64,000 nucleotides of DNA, taken from positions 10,807-74,806 of the forward strand of contig CANEUH010000017.1 in assembly GCA_947441615.1 (NCBI GenBank), read 5' to 3'. The position numbers were made by a program, and so were the translations under genes. The number at the start of each line of letters is the position of its first letter. Within the stretch, counting starts at the first letter, position 1. The DNA is from Bacteriovoracaceae bacterium (lineage in GTDB: Bacteria; Bdellovibrionota; Bacteriovoracia; Bacteriovoracales; Bacteriovoracaceae). The notes under the pieces are model-generated. The model had not been told where the DNA came from and did no database searches. It was given only the letters and a program-made list of their open reading frames with translations. Below are positions 1-9,540 of the stretch, piece by piece.

Positions 1-1
1 A

Positions 2-352
2 GCTGCCTCCGTGGTACTTTTTTCAACTGTGGCCGTTCAAAAAGGCATGAGTTTTCATACCTCCATCGCGATGGCCAAAGGGGCCATAGAAGGACTCACG
101 AGAAGCCTTGCTATTGAGTGGGCCCCAAAAATAAGAGTTAATGCGATTGCTCCTTCTCTCGTTGATACTCCTCTTGCCGCGAAAATCACTGGTAACCCCA
201 AGACTCTTGAAGTCACCACTGAAAAGCACCCTTTAAAGCGCATCGGAAATCAGATGGATATCGCACAAGCGGCCCTTTTTCTTCTGGAAGATAAGTCTTC
301 TTGGATGACGGGCCAAGTTCTAGCAGTGGACGGAGGACTATCCATCGCCTAA
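2..352 (+). CDS. short-chain dehydrogenase/reductase (SDR) family oxidoreductase, C-terminal part; 5' end lies outside the window
   Basis: The frame is open from the window edge. The tail KGAIEGLTRSLAIEWAPKIRVNAIAPSLVDTPL...MTGQVLAVDGG is the typical SDR C-terminal half. Confidence 0.75.
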   Translation, partial: AASVVLFSTVAVQKGMSFHTSIAMAKGAIEGLTRSLAIEWAPKIRVNAIAPSLVDTPLAAKITGNPKTLEVTTEKHPLKRIGNQMDIAQAALFLLEDKSSWMTGQVLAVDGGLSIA

Positions 353-361
353 GATAGGGGC

Positions 362-1336
362 ATGAAAATCCTTATTACTGGTGGCGCTGGTTACATTGGC
401 TCTCACGTCGTGAAGGCCCTGGGTGAGCTCGGTCACGACATTATCGTTTATGACAATCTCTCCACTGGGCACAGAGAAGCTCTTACTTTTGGTGAACTGG
501 TTGTTGGGGATCTCTCCGATAAAGAAAAACTCGAAACACTATTTTCCAAAAATAAATTTGAAGCCGTTCTCCATTTTGCTGGAAGTATTGTGGTGCCGGA
601 GAGTGTGACGAATCCCCTTAAGTATTATTTAAACAACACAGTGAATTCACATTTTCTGATTTCTCTATGCCAGAAATTTTATGTGAATAAATTTATCTTC
701 TCATCTACTGCTGCTGTTTACGGAATGCCCCAAACAGGAATTTGTACGGAGGAGTCTGACCTTCGTCCCATCAATCCTTATGGCCAATCAAAACTCATGA
801 CGGAGCACATGCTTCGAGATGTATCTTCTTGTTCAGATTTTCGTTATGTGGCCCTTCGCTACTTTAATGTCTCGGGAGCTGACCCCGAGGGAAAAATTGG
901 TCAATCTTTTCCAGAGGCGACTCATCTTATAAAAGTGGCTTGTGAAGTGGCGACTCATAAAAGAGCATCGATTCAAGTTTTTGGTACTGATTATCCAACT
1001 CCTGATGGAACATGTGTAAGAGACTATATTCATGTTTCGGATCTTGCCGACGCTCACGTGAAGGCCCTCATGTATCTCAATCAGGGTGGAAAATCAGACA
1101 TTTTAAATTGCGGTTATGGCCACGGTTTCTCGGTTCGTGAAGTTCTCTCGCGTGTAAAAGAAGTCACGGGTGAGAATATTAAAATCGTGGAGTCCCCAAG
1201 ACGTGCAGGAGATCCAGCGAGCCTCACCGCCAAAGTTGATCGCATTCATTCGGTGATTGGATGGAAGCCCAAATATGATGATCTTAATCTCATCATTAAA
1301 TCTGCCTATGAGTGGGAAAAGAAGCGTCCTTACTAA
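362..1336 (+). CDS. galE: UDP-glucose 4-epimerase
   Basis: N-terminal Rossmann motif ILITGGAGYIGSH. PYGQSK (YxxxK) catalytic motif. The RYFNVSGADPEG and VRDYIHVSDLADAH blocks are typical of GalE. 324 aa. Confidence 0.85.
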   Translation: MKILITGGAGYIGSHVVKALGELGHDIIVYDNLSTGHREALTFGELVVGDLSDKEKLETLFSKNKFEAVLHFAGSIVVPESVTNPLKYYLNNTVNSHFLISLCQKFYVNKFIFSSTAAVYGMPQTGICTEESDLRPINPYGQSKLMTEHMLRDVSSCSDFRYVALRYFNVSGADPEGKIGQSFPEATHLIKVACEVATHKRASIQVFGTDYPTPDGTCVRDYIHVSDLADAHVKALMYLNQGGKSDILNCGYGHGFSVREVLSRVKEVTGENIKIVESPRRAGDPASLTAKVDRIHSVIGWKPKYDDLNLIIKSAYEWEKKRPY

Positions 1337-2043
1337 TGAAAAAAAAAGCCATTGTTGTCCACTCCGGTGGCATGGATTCAAGTCTCTGTCTCGCTCTTGC
1401 TGTCAAAGAATTCGGTGAGAAGAATGTTCTTTCTCTCTCCTTTAGCTACAACCAGCGCCATTCATTAGAACTGACAAGGGCAGCTGAAATTTCAAAACAT
1501 TTTAGTGTTGATCATGTGGAATTAGATCTGTCGTGTTTGTCTCTAATTACGGAGTCAGCTCTCATTGGTAACACCAAAAAAATAGAACACCATTCTGGTG
1601 AAGCTCCGAATACACTGGTCGTGGGACGAAACGGTCTTATGGCGAGACTAGCTTCGATTCATGCTCATTCTTTTGGAGCGAAATGCATTTATATGGGAGT
1701 GATGGAACTAGAAGAAGCAAATTCTGGTTACAGAGATTGCTCACGGGCCTATATGGATATTATTCAATCTGCACTTCGCTTAGATTTTAATGATCCAACG
1801 TTTGAAATCAGAACTCCACTAGTCATGATGAATAAAATAGAAACAATGGAATTAGGCCACCACTTAGGCGTTTTAGAGTATCTTTTAGAAACAACTGTCA
1901 CTTGTTATGAAGGGATTCAAAAAGAAGGTTGTTTAAAGTGCCCGGCCTGTAAATTAAGAAACAATGGGCTCAAGATTTTTAGTCTCGAGCATCCAGAATT
2001 TAAGTACTCCTACCGAGAGAAGATTTTAAATCTTGTTACCTAG
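1336..2043 (+). CDS. queC: 7-cyano-7-deazaguanine synthase
   Basis: AIVVHSGGMDSS PP-loop motif. C-terminal Zn cluster CYEGIQKEGCLKCPACKLR. The ATG at 1336 overlaps the galE TAA (TAATG). The track start at 1312 would overlap galE. Confidence 0.85.
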   Translation: MKKKAIVVHSGGMDSSLCLALAVKEFGEKNVLSLSFSYNQRHSLELTRAAEISKHFSVDHVELDLSCLSLITESALIGNTKKIEHHSGEAPNTLVVGRNGLMARLASIHAHSFGAKCIYMGVMELEEANSGYRDCSRAYMDIIQSALRLDFNDPTFEIRTPLVMMNKIETMELGHHLGVLEYLLETTVTCYEGIQKEGCLKCPACKLRNNGLKIFSLEHPEFKYSYREKILNLVT

Positions 2044-2521
2044 TTGAGGCGAACTCTTTCCAGGAATCTAGTAGAAACTCTTTAATATCTTGGCCATCTT
2101 CTTCATCGGCTTCATCCTCTCCGATATAGTCTTCAATATCTTCAACCATATCTTCAAGTTCATTGATAAATTCGCCTAGTTCCTCGTTCTTGCAGCTTTC
2201 TGAGTGAGTTCCCGAGAGACTCATTCCGGTGAGGAAAAAATCGAGTTGATCCTTACTCGTTTCCAAAAAAAGATGGAGATCTTTTTCAGTAGGAAACATG
2301 TTCATAAGTTCAGATTTTAAATTTTTATTAAGCTCATCCCAAAGTGTTTTAAAGGGAGCTTCAAGAACGGATTTTGCTTCAGGAGTTTCTGAAAGAATCT
2401 CAGTTAAGGCCTTCGCGAAATTGAGGGGCTTTTCAGCACAAAGAATCCCTAAAAAGAAGGCCTTCACTTGCGCCTCGGTCATATCTAGATCTGTTGAGTT
2501 AATGAGTTCTTGAATTTTCAT
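2036..2521 (-). CDS. hypothetical acidic protein, possibly UPF0149/YgfB-like
   Basis: 161-aa ORF with an ATG start and an acidic C-terminus. AFFLGILCAEKP resembles UPF0149 proteins. The family call is weak. Confidence 0.5.
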   Translation of the reverse strand: MKIQELINSTDLDMTEAQVKAFFLGILCAEKPLNFAKALTEILSETPEAKSVLEAPFKTLWDELNKNLKSELMNMFPTEKDLHLFLETSKDQLDFFLTGMSLSGTHSESCKNEELGEFINELEDMVEDIEDYIGEDEADEEDGQDIKEFLLDSWKEFASTR

Positions 2522-2697
2522 GAGCTTACACCTTTAAAAGTTTGGGTAATTATTACCAACTTTCACTCTTTTACTCCACAGTAAAGAAAGAAAAGTGCAT
2601 ACTCAGGTCATGAAAAGTGCAGCTCAATTGGCCACATTCGTTTTATTCGGTACCAAAGTCACTCTCTTCTGTTTTTTCTACAGACAGATTCTAGATT

Positions 2698-3486
2698 TTA
2701 TTTTTTAAACGGATCTTCGATCTTCTCACCATTTTGAAGTCTCCAGATTTTTACCGCACGGATAAAGACGTTGTAGGCAGCGAGTGCTGACACCACAAAT
2801 CCGTGAGTACCATCTAGAAATCCCAGGCGCCAAATATAGTGACGGACGAATCGCCCCAAGGGTCTAAAAAAAAGATAAAGAAGACCAATTCGGCGACCAG
2901 ATTTTTCAAACTTATGGAAGCGATCAAGGGCACCCCAAGTGGTGTAGCGATCGGCCTTCTTTAAATAGGAAGTAACGTCCTTGTAGGTATAGTGAATGAG
3001 CTTGTGTCTTAGGATACTGATTTTCCCTTTAGACTCAATCTCAGCGTGAACATGTTTATTTTGATATTTACACTCATCACGCTTAAATAAACGAATCACC
3101 TTGTCTGATTGCCAGCCGGAGTAATCAATTCTTTTTCCCATGAAGTTATTTCTTCTGTAGATCCAAAAACCAGAATAATCGGTCCCATTCTTCACGAGCT
3201 CTTTAATCTCTGACACAAGTTCTGAAGTAGGTCGCTCGTCAGCGTCCAAAAGAAAAATCCATGGGTGTGAGGCCTGGGGGATCGTCCAGTTCTTTTGGGC
3301 CGCAGAGTGTTCGTATTCATGCTGAAGAAGGCGCACTTGTGGGAAGGATTTTACGATCTCAACTGTTTTATCTGTTGAAAAAGAGTCCACCACAATCACT
3401 TCATCACACCAAAGTACCGACTCAATAGCGGCCTTGATATTAACTTCTTCGTTGAATGTCGGAATAATCGCTGTGATTTTTTGCAT
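2698..3486 (-). CDS. family 2 glycosyltransferase (LPS core type)
   Basis: ITAIIPTFNEE start, VVDSFSTD and LLDADE (DxD) motifs. Divergently paired with a GT9 heptosyltransferase-like gene. Confidence 0.8.
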   Translation of the reverse strand: MQKITAIIPTFNEEVNIKAAIESVLWCDEVIVVDSFSTDKTVEIVKSFPQVRLLQHEYEHSAAQKNWTIPQASHPWIFLLDADERPTSELVSEIKELVKNGTDYSGFWIYRRNNFMGKRIDYSGWQSDKVIRLFKRDECKYQNKHVHAEIESKGKISILRHKLIHYTYKDVTSYLKKADRYTTWGALDRFHKFEKSGRRIGLLYLFFRPLGRFVRHYIWRLGFLDGTHGFVVSALAAYNVFIRAVKIWRLQNGEKIEDPFKK

Positions 3487-3511
3487 AGTTTTAATACAAT
3501 GATTTTAGCTT

Positions 3512-4522
3512 ATGAATGACGCCTCGTCTAAAACAATTCTTATTATCCAGACCGCTTTCATTGGGGACACGATCCTTGCGAGCCACTTTGCACGTGCCGT
3601 CAAAGAGCAGTACCCCCATTCGAAGATTCATTTCTTCCTTAGAAAGGGGAATGAATCAGTCATTCAGGGACTTCCCACGATTGAGAAAACTTGGGTTTGG
3701 AGTAAAGAAAACGGAAAAACAAAAAATCTCTTTAAACTCATTAGGGAGCTTAGAAAGATTCAGTTTGATATGGTCTTTAATCTTCACCGGCACTTTAACT
3801 CTGGGCTCGTGACGGCCTTCATGAAGTCCCCTGTGAAGGTGGGGTTTAAACAAAACCCACTAAGCTTTTTTTACACCAGAAGAATTCATCACCAAATTCC
3901 AGATCCCAGAGGGTGGCATGAAGTTCAGAGAAATCTTGAACTCATTCCTAGTTTTAAAATTGTGGATAACTCCAAAATTTACAAACCTGAACTTCCATTG
4001 CTACCTAAGCATTTTGAAAAAGTGTCGACCTACGTGAGTGATAATTACTTTGTGATGGCTCCCGCCTCGGTGTGGTTTACGAAGGCCTGGAGCGAAGAGA
4101 AGTTTCGTGAACTCACGACAGAACTCAGTCAAATGGGAAAGGTTTATTTTGTGGGGGCTCCAGGAGATAAGGATCTTTGTGACCGCATAAGAAAAGATTT
4201 ACCAAATACGGAAAATCTTTGTGGGGCCTTAAATTTATTGGATTCAGCTGCATTGATGAAAAAGGCGAGAAGAGTTTTTGTAAATGATTCAGCACCACTT
4301 CATCTCGCAAGTTGTGTGAACGCAAAAACCACGGCGATTTTTTGCTCAACTGTGCCTTCATTTGGATACACTCCACTCGCTGATGATTCTGTTGTGGTCG
4401 ATGTAGGAAATTCTCTTTCGTGCCGACCCTGTGGGCTCCATGGTCACAAGAGTTGTCCATTAGGGCACTATAAGTGCTCACAAGATATTGAAGTGAAAAA
4501 AGTTCTTGCTACTATTTCGTAG
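3512..4522 (+). CDS. family 9 glycosyltransferase (LPS heptosyltransferase-like)
   Basis: ILIIQTAFIGDTILASHF N-terminus. C-terminal VNDSAPLHLASCVNAKTTAIFCST block typical of RfaF/RfaC-type GT9 enzymes. Confidence 0.8.
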   Translation: MNDASSKTILIIQTAFIGDTILASHFARAVKEQYPHSKIHFFLRKGNESVIQGLPTIEKTWVWSKENGKTKNLFKLIRELRKIQFDMVFNLHRHFNSGLVTAFMKSPVKVGFKQNPLSFFYTRRIHHQIPDPRGWHEVQRNLELIPSFKIVDNSKIYKPELPLLPKHFEKVSTYVSDNYFVMAPASVWFTKAWSEEKFRELTTELSQMGKVYFVGAPGDKDLCDRIRKDLPNTENLCGALNLLDSAALMKKARRVFVNDSAPLHLASCVNAKTTAIFCSTVPSFGYTPLADDSVVVDVGNSLSCRPCGLHGHKSCPLGHYKCSQDIEVKKVLATIS

Positions 4523-5507
4523 GAATGATTTTTCCGAGTCTTCCTTCATCAGTTGAAAACCAGAGATTTTGATCGGGACCCACTCGCACATTTCGATATC
4601 GCCAAGAGAGATTTTTAAAGTGCTCTTTTTGAGACAGAACCTTAGATCCATCAAGTTTTATTTGCCGAAGGTGCTCCCCTGAGAGTGTTCCAATCCAGAG
4701 ATCATTTTTCCAAAAAGTGATTCCAGACGGAGAAATCGAAGGGGCCCAATAGATAAGTGGATCTTCCATGCCAGCTTTTTTTGTCCCTTCACCAATCTTT
4801 GGACCTTCATATTCCTTTCCATAAGTGACAACCGCCCAACCGTAGTTGGCGTCTTTTTTAATGAGATTAATTTCATCTCCACCTTGTGGGCCCATCTCAG
4901 CTTCCCATAATTCTTTTGTCCCAGGTCTTAAGGTTAGGCCTTGGGGGCTTCGGTGACCTCGGCTCCAGATTTCAGGATTTGATCCATCTTCATTCATCCG
5001 AACGACTTTACCAAAGGTGTTCGTTAAGAGTTGAACAGCTGGTCGGTCTCCTCTCTCGCCTGAGGTGATAAAGACTTTTCCCTCTAAAAACTCAATCCGA
5101 GAGCCATAGTGGTAAGGGTTGGCGTTGGTATTGGCCTCAAAAATTTTTTTAAACTCAGTCACCCTCTGATCTTTTAATTTAAATCGCGCTAGAACTGTCG
5201 CCGATTGGTCTTTAGGTTTAGGTTCAGAGTAGGTGAGGTAGATGAAGCCATTGGTGGGATGAACTCTCACGTCCAATAGACCTGCTTGCGCGAAGGCATA
5301 AACTTTAGGAACACCCAAGACTTCAGACACTTTTTTTGTCATGGGATCAAAGGTGAATAACTTTCCCATTCTTTCTGTGAAAATAACTTTCCCATCAGAT
5401 AAAAAATCAAATCCCCAGATGACATCTTTTTTGGTTAAAAGAGTTTCCATCTTAAATTCTTCTGCGAAGACCGAAAGTGAAAAAAGGAAAACGAAAATCA
5501 TTTTCAT
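4512..5507 (-). CDS. PQQ-dependent (soluble) sugar/aldose dehydrogenase family beta-propeller, secreted
   Basis: Signal peptide MKMIFVFLFSLSVFA from the ATG at 5507. Blocks WGFDFLSDG, GLLDVRVHP, RGHRSPQGL, HGPQGGDEINLI.. and NYGWAVVTYG resemble the YliI/sorbosone dehydrogenase family. Confidence 0.75.
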   Translation of the reverse strand: MKMIFVFLFSLSVFAEEFKMETLLTKKDVIWGFDFLSDGKVIFTERMGKLFTFDPMTKKVSEVLGVPKVYAFAQAGLLDVRVHPTNGFIYLTYSEPKPKDQSATVLARFKLKDQRVTEFKKIFEANTNANPYHYGSRIEFLEGKVFITSGERGDRPAVQLLTNTFGKVVRMNEDGSNPEIWSRGHRSPQGLTLRPGTKELWEAEMGPQGGDEINLIKKDANYGWAVVTYGKEYEGPKIGEGTKKAGMEDPLIYWAPSISPSGITFWKNDLWIGTLSGEHLRQIKLDGSKVLSQKEHFKNLSWRYRNVRVGPDQNLWFSTDEGRLGKIIPTK

Positions 5508-5514
5508 AAAGGCC

Positions 5515-6291
5515 TTAAATCTTTTTAATGAATTTTTCTTTGGGCATCCTGATCCGAGGCCCATAGACCCCTTTCTTGTCACGTTTACCCACACTGATCG
5601 CCATCACAATCTCAGCATGTCTCCCGAGGCCCAAGGTCTTTTTCACTCGAGATGAATCAAGCCCTTCCATCGGACAAGTATCAAAACCAAAAGCAGAAAA
5701 ACCCATCATGATATTCTGGCACCCAAGGGCAGTTGATTTTACTGCCCAAACTCTCATATCCGAGCGAGACATGGGTTCCCTAGGAACGGGTCGAAATAAT
5801 CCAGCAATAGATGCGAAGATCTTTTTACTATACCCAAAAACACTCAGAGGCCCCTGATTGTAAACCATCGGGACGAGTTTTTGATAATAGGCCTTCCCCG
5901 CCGCTGGCGTTTTTTCATTTTTATTTAAAAGATTGAGCATCTCAATACGAATCTCTTTCCATTTATCTAACCGAGCGACACACACAATGATTTCTTGAGC
6001 TGTTCTTGCTGCAGGCTGATTAAAGCAAGCTTCCACAATTTCTGCTTTCTTTTTTGGATTCTGGACCCAGTAAAACTCCCAAGGCTGAAGGTTTGATGAA
6101 TTTGGGGCCATGATTCCCCATTCTAAAACTTTCTCCATGACTTCATTCGGAACTTTCTCGTTGGTGTAAACGCGAACTGAACGTCTGTTATGAATAATTT
6201 TATCAAACTCTTCCTGAGAGGTTTCTAGAATAGGTTCATTGTGATTCATTTCAGGAATTTTACTAAAGATATCGGTTGATTGATCCTTCAT
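5515..6291 (-). CDS. nitroreductase family protein
   Basis: RRSVRVYTNEKVP, APNSSNLQPWEF and CQNIMMGFSAFGFDTCPMEG are typical nitroreductase-fold motifs. Confidence 0.75.
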   Translation of the reverse strand: MKDQSTDIFSKIPEMNHNEPILETSQEEFDKIIHNRRSVRVYTNEKVPNEVMEKVLEWGIMAPNSSNLQPWEFYWVQNPKKKAEIVEACFNQPAARTAQEIIVCVARLDKWKEIRIEMLNLLNKNEKTPAAGKAYYQKLVPMVYNQGPLSVFGYSKKIFASIAGLFRPVPREPMSRSDMRVWAVKSTALGCQNIMMGFSAFGFDTCPMEGLDSSRVKKTLGLGRHAEIVMAISVGKRDKKGVYGPRIRMPKEKFIKKI

Positions 6292-6304
6292 ATCAAAACT
6301 TCCT

Positions 6305-9300
6305 TTAGCTTAAGAGGTGTTGGAAATCTTCCATGTTAAGTTTACCGCTAAAATACTCGTCATCATCTTCGGCCATAAGATCACGGAAGAGTTCACGTTT
6401 ACTTTGCTGAAGAACAAGGACTTTTTCTTCCACAGATTCTTTTATGATGGGCCTGTAAACAGTGAGTTTATTTTCTTGACCGATACGGTGCGCCCGGTCG
6501 ATCGCCTGTCTTTCAACTGCTGGGTTCCACCATGGGTCCATAAGGAAAATGTAACTTGCGGCCGTGAGGTTTAATCCAAATCCCCCGGCCTTAAGTGAGA
6601 TAAGAAAGATTTGAGCGTCCCCATTTTGAAACAGCTCAACTTGCTCCCCACGTTTTTTTATCGTTTGAGAACCATCAATCCGTGCCATCTTCCAACCAGC
6701 AACTTTAATCTTGTTCTCAATCATATCAAGATAAGTCGTAAACTGAGAGAAGACGAGTGTCTTGTGGCCCTCGGTTACGAGTTGCTCAAGATTTTCCATT
6801 AAAAAATCAATCTTCGTTGATTGAAGCTGAGGCTGCTTTTGCCAAAGGCAAAGTTGCCTCATCTCAAGAAGTGATTTTAAAACTTCGCCGTAGCGCTTGG
6901 CCCCTGGGGCGAGCATATTGGACCGGATGGCATTGAGTTTTTGCTGATAAAACTCTCTCTCTTCTGGTGAGAAATCAAGGAACACGTGATTTTCAATTTT
7001 TTCAGGTAACTCTTTTAAGACCTGATCTTTTGTTCGTCTTAGAATAAAAGGTTTTACCGTTCTTCTTGCTAGTAGACGGTTCTTATTTTTGGAGGTTGAT
7101 CTCACGATTCCTAAATCACCCCAAACACCAGGAACACAAAGATCCATAATGTTATAAAATTCAGAAAGATCATTTTCTACAGGAGTACCTGTAAGGCAAA
7201 TTCTGAACTTCGCTTTAAGTTGGCGAGCAGCGTTTGCTCCTAATGAGCGAATATTTTTTAGGTGCTGGACTTCATCAAAAATCAGAATATCAAATTCTTC
7301 ATCACCAAGGGTCGATAGGGATTCTTTTTTCATGAGCCCATAAGAAGTTAAAACAACTTGAGCATCCGTTTTAAATTCTCTCTCATCGCCGTAGTAAATG
7401 GAGTAGGTGAGATCAGAGAATTTTTCTAATTCATTCTTCCAGTTATAAAGAATACTCACGGGACAAATGATCAGAATCTTTTTGATTTTGGTTTTCAGTG
7501 TCTGAAGAAGCATAATGGTCTGGAGAGTTTTCCCTAGACCCATATCATCAGCGAGGCACGCGCCAAATTTATGTTCATATAAAAATCGTAGCCAATTATA
7601 ACCACCAATTTGATAAGGTCTGGCGATCTCTTTGTAGCGTGGATCAATATCGTATTGAGGCATATCCTGCATGGTCATAATCTTTTCGCAGAATAATTCT
7701 TCTTCCGGTGTGAGGGCCCCCTCAATTCCCAGGCGTTTTAATTCAAATAATTCAAAAATTCTAGATCTCTGAAGAAAAAGGCCAAAGCGAGAAAGACCCT
7801 TTGACTGCTCTTTCTTTTCACCCTCAAACTTCGTGTAGCGTTTCATAAAACGCAAAAGATCCTTCTGTTCATCAGATAGTAGAACGAGACCCTTACTTGA
7901 GAGAAGAAAGTTATCTGTTAACTCAGCGTTCTTAATCACATCAAGGTCATCATCACTCACGATAAGATCCATCTGGAACCAATCGAGTTTTTCTTTGTTC
8001 CTCTCAAAACGGATAGAACTCTTCCAGGTACGGATTTGTTGTTGATCGTAAAAGATCGGAATTTTTAAAGGAGTGAGATCCTGGTAGAAACTAGCAATTC
8101 CCTCTAGAAGATTATTTTTTGGGATTTGAAAGATAATTTTACGATCATCTTTTATGTAGAAAGAAGTTTTAAAACCAAGTTCTCCGAAACTATCCAAGAA
8201 GGCCGTAAAGACTTTCCTAAAAACTTTGGTCTTAAGCATAAAAACTTTTTTAAAAGTAGGATCAAAGAAGGGTAGTTCTCCATCATTCATAATGAGTGTG
8301 ATCCACTCATTCATGATGGCCTTTTTAGAGGCCGAGTGAAGATACTTTTTATGAAAGAATGTTTCTCTTTCAAAGTCTTCAATTAGAGTCTTAAAAAAAG
8401 TGAGAGCATCATTTTTTGTTCTAAAGCTTCCGGCCCAACCTTGTTCACTAACAAAGAGAAGAAAGGGTGATGGCATTGGGACGAGTTTTTGATCTTGAGT
8501 AAAGAGTTCTAGCTCAAGGTTTAAAAAACTTTTTCGAGGAGATGGATTAATTGAAAACCGATACTCCATGTCCTCAACAGGAAAACTTTCCCAGGCCTCA
8601 CCTTCAATATAAAGTTCAGCAACCCCTTTTTCTTTAAGAGGTAGGAATAAACGGATAAAATCCTGAATATCACCAATGGTATCAATAAGCTTTAGTTTTG
8701 AGACGAGTTCTCGAATATCATTAGGTTGATCAAACGCTTCACCAGTTTTCCAGTTATAAAGATAAAGAACATCAAATATGGAAACTTCTTTTGTGATTAC
8801 TTCTTCAAAGAGCCACTGAAACTGATAGGCATACTTCTCATCGACATAGAGGACATCTTTGTATTCTTCTAACTCAGAGGCCTTGATGATATTCATGATG
8901 AGCTTTCCCTTCCATTTTGATGGAGCAGGAAAATTCACAACTTTTCGATTGGTAAGAGTGTACTGAAGGGAGCTAAAGGTGGAGTTCATCTTTGCACCCG
9001 GAATCTGTGGTGCACCCTTTAAGAGTGTGCCGTAGCGCTCGACATGGACTCCTTCTTGAGAGAGTAAACTGAGGGAGATGGGATTTCCTTTAATCTCACC
9101 TTGCTTACTTTGAAGATCCATAAATTTTACGAGAAGACTTCCATTATGATGGCATGGTTGAGGAAGAATACAGGTACAGTTTGTCGTGAGTTTATCTTCG
9201 CCTTCAATTCTCTTAAAACTGATCTTCGATTCGTAATTGGTATTATTCTCAGCAATGATGCCAGAAATAATGAGATAGGTTTCAAATGAACCTTTCATAA

Positions 9301-9415
9301 AAGAAAGTGAAACCCTTCCTTGCTCAACCATTTTTCTGGATTGAAATAAGATATTGGGCTGGAAGTGTTTATCCAGTAATTCATTTAAAGAACTTGAGTT
9401 ATTCGTATATTCCAT
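6305..9415 (-). CDS. SNF2-family helicase/ATPase with N-terminal SWIM zinc finger
   Basis: CTCILPQPCHHNGS is a SWIM-like CxC..CxH motif. SNF2 motifs LADDMGLGKT (I), DEVQHLKN (II) and LTGTPVEN (III). C-terminal helicase motif DPWWNPAVERQAIDRAHRIGQ. 1036 aa. Confidence 0.85.
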   Translation of the reverse strand: MEYTNNSSSLNELLDKHFQPNILFQSRKMVEQGRVSLSFMKGSFETYLIISGIIAENNTNYESKISFKRIEGEDKLTTNCTCILPQPCHHNGSLLVKFMDLQSKQGEIKGNPISLSLLSQEGVHVERYGTLLKGAPQIPGAKMNSTFSSLQYTLTNRKVVNFPAPSKWKGKLIMNIIKASELEEYKDVLYVDEKYAYQFQWLFEEVITKEVSIFDVLYLYNWKTGEAFDQPNDIRELVSKLKLIDTIGDIQDFIRLFLPLKEKGVAELYIEGEAWESFPVEDMEYRFSINPSPRKSFLNLELELFTQDQKLVPMPSPFLLFVSEQGWAGSFRTKNDALTFFKTLIEDFERETFFHKKYLHSASKKAIMNEWITLIMNDGELPFFDPTFKKVFMLKTKVFRKVFTAFLDSFGELGFKTSFYIKDDRKIIFQIPKNNLLEGIASFYQDLTPLKIPIFYDQQQIRTWKSSIRFERNKEKLDWFQMDLIVSDDDLDVIKNAELTDNFLLSSKGLVLLSDEQKDLLRFMKRYTKFEGEKKEQSKGLSRFGLFLQRSRIFELFELKRLGIEGALTPEEELFCEKIMTMQDMPQYDIDPRYKEIARPYQIGGYNWLRFLYEHKFGACLADDMGLGKTLQTIMLLQTLKTKIKKILIICPVSILYNWKNELEKFSDLTYSIYYGDEREFKTDAQVVLTSYGLMKKESLSTLGDEEFDILIFDEVQHLKNIRSLGANAARQLKAKFRICLTGTPVENDLSEFYNIMDLCVPGVWGDLGIVRSTSKNKNRLLARRTVKPFILRRTKDQVLKELPEKIENHVFLDFSPEEREFYQQKLNAIRSNMLAPGAKRYGEVLKSLLEMRQLCLWQKQPQLQSTKIDFLMENLEQLVTEGHKTLVFSQFTTYLDMIENKIKVAGWKMARIDGSQTIKKRGEQVELFQNGDAQIFLISLKAGGFGLNLTAASYIFLMDPWWNPAVERQAIDRAHRIGQENKLTVYRPIIKESVEEKVLVLQQSKRELFRDLMAEDDDEYFSGKLNMEDFQHLLS

Positions 9416-9508
9416 CTCGTCTTCTTTTCCAAAAGAATAGTATAGAGAGTTTTTCTAAAATTGGCAGTTAAATAGAGCTTAAAAATTTGGTGAAGAAAAT
9501 TTGTCGGC

Positions 9509-9540
9509 AAAAAAAAGGCCCCTTTAAGGGGCCATTTTTT
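9509..9540 (-). terminator. rho-independent terminator downstream of rpoD (symmetric, potentially bidirectional)
   Basis: The hairpin GGCCCCTT-T-AAGGGGCC (9517-9533) is flanked by an A-run on one side and a T-run on the other. It lies immediately 3' of the rpoD stop. Confidence 0.75.

Noticed and set aside
1312-1335. Upstream start (track 1312) for queC, with analogous extended TTG/GTG or upstream-ATG starts at 4512..5594, 13910, 15162, 26351, 26986, 27753, 29887, 44217, 47337, 49631, 52549 and 61595
   Set aside because: In each case a downstream ATG (GTG for the TolC gene) gives a canonical N-terminus: a signal peptide or a conserved family start. It also removes an implausible overlap or leader. 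The shorter coordinates are used.
2609-2704. 31-codon hydrophobic ORF (MKSAAQLATFVLFGTKVTLFCFFYRQILDFIF) in the 2521-2698 gap
   Set aside because: It has no RBS, runs into the convergent GT2 gene end, and has no supporting context.
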